A program made the position numbers and the translations under genes. Below are positions 8,893-16,049 of a DNA stretch of 31,476 bases, in pieces. Source of the DNA: Candidatus Methylomirabilia bacterium (GTDB lineage: Bacteria; Methylomirabilota; Methylomirabilia; Rokubacteriales; CSP1-6); assembly GCA_041497895.1 (NCBI GenBank), contig JBGQHJ010000042.1:1-31476 (forward strand). The letters are read 5' to 3'. The notes beneath the pieces were generated by a model. The model was given only the letters and a program-made list of their open reading frames with translations. It was not told the origin of the DNA and did no database searches. Position 1 is the stretch's first letter, and every line of letters begins with the position of its first letter.

Positions 8893-9209
8893 GCCCGCTG
8901 GTCGTCCTCGCACTCCTGTACGGTACGGACGCCGTTGACCACGTCGCCGTAGCCGTTGTCGACGTCCGCGATGACCGGGGCCGCCACCGCTTCGTCGATG
9001 AAGAGGGCGGCCTCCAGGTTCTCGGTCATGGTCAGGAGGTTCACGTCGGGCACCGCCCGCTGGGCCGCGGAGACCGCGAAGCTCGAGGACCACACCACCG
9101 GGAAGCCGGCCGCCTCGATGAGCTTCGCGGAAAGGGCGTCGTGAGCCCCCACCATCGGCACGAGGCCGGGCCGGCGCAGGAGCGCGCGAAGGAGTCCGCT
9201 CTTGGTCAT
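8871..9209 (-). pseudogene. pepM: Internally deleted phosphoenolpyruvate mutase-like gene (ICL/PEPM superfamily), 112 aa
   Basis: GAHDALSAKLIEAAGF..VWSSSFAVSAAQ..VPDVNLLTMTENL...PVIADVDNGYG matches the first ~100 aa of PEP mutase. It then runs into EDDQRAWAAIKS*. The catalytic EDK-x5-NS segment is absent. Start overlaps the mlaC stop (ATGA). Confidence 0.8.
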
Positions 9210-9844
9210 AGCTTCTTCTTCTTCTGTCCCTTGTCCTCGGCCATGAGCTCGTCCTGCTTGTTCTTGAGCTTCGAGACGAGCTCGTTGTAGGACGAGGTCT
9301 GGATGATCTTGTTGAACTGGGTGCGGTAGTTGGAGACGAGGCTGACGCCCTCGATGCTGACGTCGTAGACGAGCCAGCGGTCCGCCCGCTTGATCATGCG
9401 GTAGTCGACCGGCACCTCGGTGCCGTTCTTGGTGATGATCTTGGTCGAGACCGTCGCGTAGTCGCCGTCGGTCCGCTCCGCGGTGTACTGGATCTTCTCG
9501 CCCCCGTACGTCTCGATCTTCGAGATGTAGGAGCGCTCGAGCAGGTCGGCGAAGAGGCCGACGAACTCGGTGCGCTGCGCCTCGGAGAGGGGCGGCCAGT
9601 GGCGGGCCATCGACCGCTTGGCGATCTCGCCGAAGTCGAAGATCTCGTTGGCGATCTTGCGGACCGCGACGCGCCGCTCGGCCACCTTGGCCTCGCCCCT
9701 GAGGCTCGGGTCGTCCAGGGTCTTGAGCACGCGGTCCACCGCGCCCCGGAGCTGCTCGGTCGGGACTCCCGCCGAGGCGGGCCCGACCGCGGTCACCGCC
9801 AGCCCCACTGCCAGCAGCGCTGCCTTCACGTGAAACCAGTTCAT
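9206..9844 (-). CDS. mlaC: MlaC/Ttg2D-family periplasmic lipid shuttle (HpnM-like)
   Basis: Signal peptide, FDFGEIAKRSMARHW, PVDYRM, WLVYDVSIEGVSLVSNYRTQF. Confidence 0.92.
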   Translation of the reverse strand: MNWFHVKAALLAVGLAVTAVGPASAGVPTEQLRGAVDRVLKTLDDPSLRGEAKVAERRVAVRKIANEIFDFGEIAKRSMARHWPPLSEAQRTEFVGLFADLLERSYISKIETYGGEKIQYTAERTDGDYATVSTKIITKNGTEVPVDYRMIKRADRWLVYDVSIEGVSLVSNYRTQFNKIIQTSSYNELVSKLKNKQDELMAEDKGQKKKKL

Positions 9845-9866
9845 CGGGACCTCCCGGTTCGAGAGT

Positions 9867-10307
9867 CTACACCTTGCCGAATATGTACTTGGAGAGCAGC
9901 TCCTCGATGTCGACCGGCGGCTCGACCTCGCGGATCCTCCCGTTGGGAGGAATGAGCTTGTCCGAGCCCCCGGGGCTGATGCGGACGTAGCGCTCGCCGA
10001 TCAGACCCTTGGTCTTGATCGAGGCGATCGAGTCGTCCTGCAGCTTCACCCCGGGCTGGATCACCATGACCACGTGCGCCTGGTAGTCCTGGAGCACGAT
10101 GCGGTCCACCCGGCCCACCTCGACGCCCGCGATCTCGACGCTCGAGCCGTTCTTGAGCCCGCCGACGGTGGGGAAATCGGCGTTCACCACGTACCCCCGG
10201 TTGCCCAGGAGATCGACGCGGCCAAGCTTGACCGACATCCATCCGAGCGCGACCAGGCCGATGAGCAAGAAGAGACCCACGCCCAGATCCACCGCCGATC
10301 GCTTCAT
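9867..10307 (-). CDS. mlaD: MCE-domain protein MlaD
   Basis: N-terminal TM helix, F..VGGLKNGSSVEIAGVEVGRV, ASIKTKGLIGERYVRISPGG. ATG 10307 with GGGGAG SD. Confidence 0.93.
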   Translation of the reverse strand: MKRSAVDLGVGLFLLIGLVALGWMSVKLGRVDLLGNRGYVVNADFPTVGGLKNGSSVEIAGVEVGRVDRIVLQDYQAHVVMVIQPGVKLQDDSIASIKTKGLIGERYVRISPGGSDKLIPPNGRIREVEPPVDIEELLSKYIFGKV

Positions 10308-10323
10308 GCTTGATCTCCCCCGG

Positions 10324-11079
10324 CTAGCGCCGTCGTTGTTCCGCGGGCACCGCCTCGATCTCCCCGCGGATGAACTGCTGCACGATCGGATTCGTCGAGT
10401 TCCGCAACGCGTCGGGTGGGCCCACCTCGGCAATCACCCCGTCGTGGAGCATCGCGACCCGGTCGGCGATCTCGAAGATCTCCGGGATCTCGTGGCTCAC
10501 CATGACCGCGGTGAAGCGAAACTTCCGGTGCAGCTCCATGATCAGGTGGTGGATGGTGTTGACCAGGATCGGGTCGAGGCCGGTGGTCGGCTCGTCGAAG
10601 AACACGATCTCCGGCTCGGTCACCAGGGCCCGCGCGATGGCCACCCGCTTGCGCATGCCCCCCGAGATCTCGGCCGGGTTCTTGGCCCCCATACCGGCCA
10701 GCCCCACCTGCTCGAGCTTCTCCTCGACGCGCCCGGTGATCTCGGAGGCGGCCCGCCGGCCCTTCTCCCGCAGCGGGAAGGCCACGTTGTCCCAGACCGA
10801 CATGGAGTCGAAGAGCGCGCCGCCCTGGAAGACGACGCCGTAGCGCTCCCGCACCCGGTCGAGCGTGCGGCCCCGCAGCCGGGTGATGTCGGTGCCGTCC
10901 ACCAGCACCGCCCCCGCGTCCGGCCGCAGCAGGCCGATCAGGTGCTTGAGCAGTACCGACTTGCCGCCGCCGCTGCGCCCGATCACGACCATGATCTCGC
11001 CGGTGGCGATGTCGAGATCGACGCCCCGGAGCACCTCCTGGATGCCGAACCGCTTCCGGAGACCCTGCACCCGGATCAC
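10324..11079 (-). CDS. mlaF: ABC ATPase MlaF
   Basis: Walker A GRSGGGKS, FQGGALFDSM, signature ISGGMRKRVAIARAL, Walker B FFDEPTTGLDP. GTG start overlaps the mlaE stop (GTGA). Confidence 0.93.
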   Translation of the reverse strand: MIRVQGLRKRFGIQEVLRGVDLDIATGEIMVVIGRSGGGKSVLLKHLIGLLRPDAGAVLVDGTDITRLRGRTLDRVRERYGVVFQGGALFDSMSVWDNVAFPLREKGRRAASEITGRVEEKLEQVGLAGMGAKNPAEISGGMRKRVAIARALVTEPEIVFFDEPTTGLDPILVNTIHHLIMELHRKFRFTAVMVSHEIPEIFEIADRVAMLHDGVIAEVGPPDALRNSTNPIVQQFIRGEIEAVPAEQRRR

Positions 11080-11882
11080 GGCAGCACGGACCCCAGGAAG
11101 TAGTCCCAGACGAGGATGAGCACCGAGGAGAGCACCACCGCCTGGGTGGTCGCGCGCGCCACCCCCGCGGCGCCGTGACCGCAGTTGAAGCCCTTGTACG
11201 TGCAGACCCACGGCACGATGATCCCGAAGGACAGCGCCTTCCAGTAGCCGGTCATCAGGTCGGACCAGGTCACGAAGGTCTTCATCTCGCCGAAGTAGGT
11301 GCCGGGGGAGAGCCCCAGCAGCTCCACCCCGACGATGTAGCCGCCCAGGATACCGACCACGTCGAAGATCGAGACCATGAGCGGGAAGGTGATGACTCCC
11401 GCGACGATGGCGGGCACCACCAGGTAGCGCATCGGGTTGAGCGCCATGACCTGGAGCGCGTCGATCTGCTCGGTGATCTTCATGATCCCGATCTCGGCGG
11501 TGAGGGCCGAGCCGGCGAGGCCGGTCACGAACACCGCGCACAGCACCGGGCCCAGCTCGCGGATCAGGGAGAGAGCCACCGCCGGGCCCAGGTAGGCCTC
11601 CGACCCGAAGCGCGAGAGGACCAGGAAGATCTGCAGACCGAGCACCATGCCGGTGAAGGCCCCGGTGAGCAGCACGATGGTCAGCGACCGGAAGCCGATG
11701 AAGTGGATGCGATCGATCAGCCGGCCGAACTTGAACGGCGGGATGACGGTGTAGCCGGCCGCCTGGACGAAGAAGCGGCCGAACTGCCCCACGGCCAGGA
11801 CCAGGTCGAGGCTCAGGCGCCCCAGCGCCGCGATGGGGCGCAGCGGCGCCGGCCACATTTCGGATGTGGGCGACGAAAACAT
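11076..11882 (-). CDS. mlaE: ABC permease MlaE
   Basis: IRELGPVL, GSALTAEIGIMKITEQIDAL, GAAGVARATTQAVV. Confidence 0.93.
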   Translation of the reverse strand: MFSSPTSEMWPAPLRPIAALGRLSLDLVLAVGQFGRFFVQAAGYTVIPPFKFGRLIDRIHFIGFRSLTIVLLTGAFTGMVLGLQIFLVLSRFGSEAYLGPAVALSLIRELGPVLCAVFVTGLAGSALTAEIGIMKITEQIDALQVMALNPMRYLVVPAIVAGVITFPLMVSIFDVVGILGGYIVGVELLGLSPGTYFGEMKTFVTWSDLMTGYWKALSFGIIVPWVCTYKGFNCGHGAAGVARATTQAVVLSSVLILVWDYFLGSVLP

Positions 11883-11888
11883 CGCCAG

Positions 11889-11897
11889 ATACTACCA
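11889..11897 (-). promoter_or_regulatory. Extended -10 promoter (TG-G-TAGTAT) for the left-arm operon; probably a leaderless transcript
   Basis: Minus strand TGGTAGTAT lies exactly 6 nt before the mlaE ATG (11882). No SD present. Confidence 0.6.
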
Positions 11898-11925
11898 TAG
11901 GGGTCGGCGAATCCCGGCGCCGTTC

Positions 11926-11954
11926 TTGAAAAAAACAGCCAAGTTCCGTAAGGT
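11926..11954 (+). promoter_or_regulatory. Sigma70-type promoter for the right-arm operon; probably a leaderless transcript
   Basis: TTGAAA (11926-11931), 17-bp spacer, TAAGGT (11949-11954), 6 nt, GTG start (11961). Confidence 0.65.
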
Positions 11955-11960
11955 GAGCGC

Positions 11961-12767
11961 GTGCCGACCGTCGACCTCGCGCTCCAGCTCATCGGGACCC
12001 TGACGCTCCGTCCCTACGTCTTCGGGTTCCTGGCCATCTTCCTGATCGCGGGCGTGCGGGACCTCGGCCGCGCCCGGACGGTGGGCTTCCTGTGCTGGGG
12101 CGGGGTGGTGGCCCTGGTGGCCGAGCTCGTCTCCACGCGCGTGGGCATTCCGTTCGGCCTCTACCACTACACCGACGCGACCCGGGGGGCCGAGCTGTTC
12201 CTCGGCAACGTGCCGTTCTTCTCGCCGCTGTCGTTTCCGTTCCTGGCCTACGCCGCGTTCTGCCTGGCGCGCCGGACCCTGGGCCGCGGATGGGTGACGA
12301 GCCGCGCCGGCCGCATCCGGATGGTCGCGGTGTCCGGCGTCCTGATGATGCTCCTCGACGTGGTCATCGACCCGCTGGCGGTCCGGGGCGAGCGGTGGTT
12401 CCTCGGGCACATCTTCTACTACCCGGACGGCGGCCCGTACTTCGGGGTCCCCCTGTCCAACTTCGTGGGCTGGCTGCTGGTGGGCTGGATCACCGTGGGC
12501 GGCCTCGTCTGGGCCATCGCGGGGGCCGGGCGGGCGACCCCCGACCCCGGCGCGCCGGGGCTCGGTGTCGCGCTGTATTACCTGGTCCTCGCGGTCAACC
12601 TGACCGTGACGCTATGGATCGGCGAGGCGCTGATCGCGGCCGCGGGAATAGTGGTCCACTCCGCGCTCTTTCTGCTACTGTATAGCGTCAATAGAGTGAC
12701 GGTCGGCCGATGGTCTGCCGAGTCCCTGTCCGCCCCCGCCGCGAGCGGCGGGGGAACGAGGCCCTGA
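11961..12767 (+). CDS. DUF422 / CruF-like integral membrane protein (carotenoid hydratase family)
   Basis: AELVSTRVGIPFGLYHYT, LGNVPFF, DVVIDPLA, YFGVPLSNFVGW. Confidence 0.82.
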   Translation: MPTVDLALQLIGTLTLRPYVFGFLAIFLIAGVRDLGRARTVGFLCWGGVVALVAELVSTRVGIPFGLYHYTDATRGAELFLGNVPFFSPLSFPFLAYAAFCLARRTLGRGWVTSRAGRIRMVAVSGVLMMLLDVVIDPLAVRGERWFLGHIFYYPDGGPYFGVPLSNFVGWLLVGWITVGGLVWAIAGAGRATPDPGAPGLGVALYYLVLAVNLTVTLWIGEALIAAAGIVVHSALFLLLYSVNRVTVGRWSAESLSAPAASGGGTRP

Positions 12768-12788
12768 GGGGCGAAAGGGTCGTCGATC

Positions 12789-13805
12789 ATGAGCGTTCCG
12801 CTGTCTCAGATGTGGACGGTCGCGACGTACGTGCTGCGCCAGAAGCTGGCGCGGCGCAAGCGTTACCCGTTCGTTCTGATGCTCGAGCCGCTCTTCCGCT
12901 GCAACCTGGCCTGCGCCGGCTGCGGCAAGATCCAGTACCCGGCGCAGATACTGAAGAAGAACCTGAGCGTGGAGAAGTGCCTCGCCGCGGTGGAGGAGTG
13001 CGGCGCGCCGATCGTGAGCATCCCGGGCGGCGAGCCGCTCATGTACCCGGACATCGACCGCCTGGTGGCGGAGCTCGTGAAGCGGAAAAAGTACGTGTAT
13101 CTCTGCACCAACGCCGTCCTGCTGCAGGAGAAGCTCGATCTCTTCACCCCGTCGAAGTACCTCTCGTTCAGCGTCCACATGGACGGCCTGCGCGAGGAGC
13201 ACGACGAGGCGGTGTGCCGCGACGGGGTCTACGACCAGGCGGTGCCCGCGATCCGCGAGGCGGTGGCGCGCGGCTTCCGGGTCACCACCAACAGCACGCT
13301 CTTCGACGGGGCCTCGCCGCTCCGGATGCGCGAGTTCTTCGACGAGATGATGACCCTGGGGGTCGAGGGCATGATGGTCTCCCCGGGGTACAGCTACTCC
13401 AAGGCCCCGGACCAGGAGCACTTCCTGCTGCAGTCGCGCACCCACGAGCTGTTCTCCAAGATGCTGGCGAGCCCGAAGAAGCGCTGGCGCTTCAACCAGT
13501 CCCCGCTCTTCCTGCGCTTCCTCATGGGCAAGCACGACTTCGAGTGCACCCCGTGGGGTAACCCGACCTACAACATGTTCGGCTGGCAGCGCCCCTGCTA
13601 CCTCCTGCAGGAGGGCTACGCGCGCACCTTCCAGGAGCTGATGGACACCACCCCCTGGGAGAACTACGGCAAGAAGAGCGGCAACGAGAAGTGCCGGGAC
13701 TGCATGGTGCACTGCGGGTACGAGGCCACCGCGGTGGACTACACGTTCAGCTCGCTGAAGGGCTTCGTCGAGACGGTCGGGGTCACCCTGACCGGCAAGC
13801 TGTAG
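12789..13805 (+). CDS. hpnH: Radical SAM adenosylhopane synthase
   Basis: LMLEPLFRCNLACAGCGKIQYP (CxxxCxxC), SIPGGEPL, CTPWGNPT, WQRPCYLL, CRDCMVHCGYEATAV. Confidence 0.95.
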   Translation: MSVPLSQMWTVATYVLRQKLARRKRYPFVLMLEPLFRCNLACAGCGKIQYPAQILKKNLSVEKCLAAVEECGAPIVSIPGGEPLMYPDIDRLVAELVKRKKYVYLCTNAVLLQEKLDLFTPSKYLSFSVHMDGLREEHDEAVCRDGVYDQAVPAIREAVARGFRVTTNSTLFDGASPLRMREFFDEMMTLGVEGMMVSPGYSYSKAPDQEHFLLQSRTHELFSKMLASPKKRWRFNQSPLFLRFLMGKHDFECTPWGNPTYNMFGWQRPCYLLQEGYARTFQELMDTTPWENYGKKSGNEKCRDCMVHCGYEATAVDYTFSSLKGFVETVGVTLTGKL

Positions 13806-13815
13806 GCGCCCCGCG

Positions 13816-14172
13816 ATGAGCCTCGAGGGCTGGGTGCCCGACGTCGGCGACTACCTCACGCTCCAGGAGGTGGTCGAGTTCGCCTTCGACTACCGGGGCA
13901 ACACCACGATCGTGAAGACGGACGGCACCGAGATCGTCGGCTATATCTTCAACCGCAACACCTACGGGCCGGAGCCCTTCATCGAGTACTTCGACGAGGG
14001 CGGCGAGGGCCCCTTCACGCTCCGCTACTCCGAGCTCGCCAACGTCAAGTTCACCGGCAAGGACACCGCGGCCGGGAACAGCTGGAAGGCCTGGCTCGAG
14101 CGCAAGGAGCGGGAGAAGGCGGAGCGAGTCCCGGCGCGGAGTGTCCCGGATCCTGATCCTCACCGCGGTTGA
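13816..14172 (+). CDS. Hypothetical protein, 118 aa
   Basis: Strong GC3-biased codon usage, globular composition (AFDYRGNTTI, GYIFNR, FTGKDTAAGNSWKAW), fits between hpnH and hpnG. Confidence 0.8.
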   Translation: MSLEGWVPDVGDYLTLQEVVEFAFDYRGNTTIVKTDGTEIVGYIFNRNTYGPEPFIEYFDEGGEGPFTLRYSELANVKFTGKDTAAGNSWKAWLERKEREKAERVPARSVPDPDPHRG

Positions 14173-14845
14173 GCTCGAGGCCCGGGCCCTCGCCCGCCAG
14201 CTCGAGCTGCCCGCGCTGCCGTCGCTGCCCTTCCCCGCCTTCGGTCGCGGCACCCTGCGGCTTGCTCCGGTCGGCCTGCGGGCCGCCCTGCTCGCGGAGC
14301 GCTGGCCCGCCCTGCGCCTGGGGCTCGACCAGCCGCTGGTGATCTCGGCCGGGGTCTGCGGGGCCCTGGCCCCCGAGCTCCGGAGCGGCGACCTCGTCCT
14401 GCCCGAGAGCGTGATCGGCCCCGCGGCGGAGCGGCTCAACGTGACCCCGACCGCCTACGCCCGCGCCGCCTCCCTGGCGCCCGCGGCCCGGCACGGCACG
14501 CTCGTGACCTCGCGGGACGTGGTCGCGACCGCCCCCGCCAAGCTCGCGCTGCACGCCCGCACCGGCGCGGTCGCGGTGGACATGGAGTCCTCCGTGATCC
14601 TCACGTTCGCGGTGGGCGCCGGCTGCCCCACGCTGGTGGTGCGCGGCGTCTCGGACGCGGCGGGGGAGAGCGTGCCGGCGGAGCTGATCGGCCTCGTCAC
14701 CGAGGCGGGCAAGCTTCGCACCGCCCGCGCGCTGGCCCTCTCGGTCACCCGACCGCACGTGCTGCCGCGGGCGCTCGCGCTGCGTCACGCCACCCAGCGG
14801 GCGCTCGCCGCGGTCGCGCGCCTGCTCGCCGCCTTCACCGCGTAG
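14141..14845 (+). CDS. hpnG: PNP/MTA-nucleosidase-family protein, hopanoid-associated phosphorylase
   Basis: ISAGVCGALAPELRSGDLV, AVAVDMESS, VVRGVSD. Lies downstream of hpnH. Confidence 0.8.
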   Translation: MSRILILTAVELEARALARQLELPALPSLPFPAFGRGTLRLAPVGLRAALLAERWPALRLGLDQPLVISAGVCGALAPELRSGDLVLPESVIGPAAERLNVTPTAYARAASLAPAARHGTLVTSRDVVATAPAKLALHARTGAVAVDMESSVILTFAVGAGCPTLVVRGVSDAAGESVPAELIGLVTEAGKLRTARALALSVTRPHVLPRALALRHATQRALAAVARLLAAFTA

Positions 14846-14852
14846 CCCGATC

Positions 14853-15866
14853 GTGGACGCGCTCGTCACCGGCGGCACCGGCTTCGTGGGGGCCAACCTC
14901 GTTCGCGAGCTGATCGGCGACGGCCACACCGTGCGTGTGCTCGCCCGGCCGGGCGGCGATCGACGCGCGCTCGACGGCTGCCGGGCGGAGATCGTCGACG
15001 GGGACCTGCTCGACGCGGCCTCGCTGCGGCGGGCGGTGACCGGGGTCCGCCACGTCTACCACGCGGCCGCCGACTACCGGCTCTGGGCGCCGGACCCGCG
15101 CGTGCTCTATCGCGCCAACGTGGACGGCACCCGCCACCTGCTCGAGGCCGCGGCGGAGGCGGGGGCCGAGCGCATCGTGTACACGTCGACGGTGGGCGCG
15201 GTCGGCATCCCAAAGGACGGCACGCCGGGCGACGAGGCCACCCCGGTCTCGCTCGAGGACATGGTCGGCGCGTACAAGGCCTCCAAGTTCCTGGCCGAGC
15301 GCGTGGCCGACGAGTGGGCGGCGCGAGGGGCCCCGGTGGTCATCGTCAACCCGTCGGCGCCCATCGGCCCGTGGGACGTCAAGCCCACGCCGACCGGGCA
15401 GATGATCGTGGACTTCCTCGACGGCAAGATGATCGGCTCGGTGGACACCGGCCTCAACGTGGTCCACGTGCGGGACGTGGCGCGCGGGCACATCCTGGCC
15501 GCCCAGAAGGGTCGCGTCGGCGAGCGGTACATCCTGGGGCACCGCAACCTCTCCCTGCTCGACATCTTCCGCACGCTCTCGACGCTGACCGGGGTGCCCG
15601 CCCCGCGCTTCCGCGTGCCCTACGCGGTGGCCTGGATGGCGGCGGCGGCGATGGAAGGCGCGTCTCTTATCACGCGCCGGGCTCCTCGCGTGCCGCTCAC
15701 CGCGGTCCGCATGGCCCGCAAGACTATGTTCTTCACCGCGGACAAGGCCATCCGCGAGCTCGGCCTCCCCCAGACCCCCCCCGAGATCGCATTGGCAGAC
15801 GCAGTGACGTGGTTCACCGACCACGGTTACGTGAACGCCAACCGTAGGAAACGAACCGCGGCATGA
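14853..15866 (+). CDS. hpnA: Hopanoid-associated NAD-dependent epimerase/dehydratase
   Basis: VTGGTGFVG, HAAADYRLW, YKASK (YxxxK), PIGPWDVKPTPTG, VDTGLNVVHV. Confidence 0.92.
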   Translation: MDALVTGGTGFVGANLVRELIGDGHTVRVLARPGGDRRALDGCRAEIVDGDLLDAASLRRAVTGVRHVYHAAADYRLWAPDPRVLYRANVDGTRHLLEAAAEAGAERIVYTSTVGAVGIPKDGTPGDEATPVSLEDMVGAYKASKFLAERVADEWAARGAPVVIVNPSAPIGPWDVKPTPTGQMIVDFLDGKMIGSVDTGLNVVHVRDVARGHILAAQKGRVGERYILGHRNLSLLDIFRTLSTLTGVPAPRFRVPYAVAWMAAAAMEGASLITRRAPRVPLTAVRMARKTMFFTADKAIRELGLPQTPPEIALADAVTWFTDHGYVNANRRKRTAA

Positions 15867-15954
15867 GCCGGATGAGCCGCGGGACACGGTTGAGTGCCGG
15901 CCGAGGTGTGGGGTACCGAGCGGACTGCGAGCGCGCCAACCGGAATTGGGGGAG

Positions 15955-15979
15955 TGCGGGGCCATTTCGGGGCCCCGCA
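15955..15979. repeat. Palindromic hairpin in the hpnA-hpnD spacer (REP-like)
   Basis: TGCGGGGCC-ATTTCGG-GGCCCCGCA: perfect 9-bp stem, 7-nt loop. Confidence 0.65.
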
Positions 15980-16049
15980 GATGAAGGGTTTGAAGAAGTA
16001 AACCGATGAAGCCACGGACCGGATCTAGCTCATCGAGCGGGAACACGCC

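Noticed and set aside
7717..9209. Programmed frameshift or fusion between the pepM fragment and ppd, suggested by the 458-aa ORF from 9093
   Set aside because: The extension upstream of ATG 8892 is not PEP-mutase-like, no slippery sequence is visible, and the missing PepM sequence is not present in any frame in the available space.
15981..16001. Mini-ORF MKGLKK
   Set aside because: Six codons, no SD, nested in another frame and not coupled to any neighbour.
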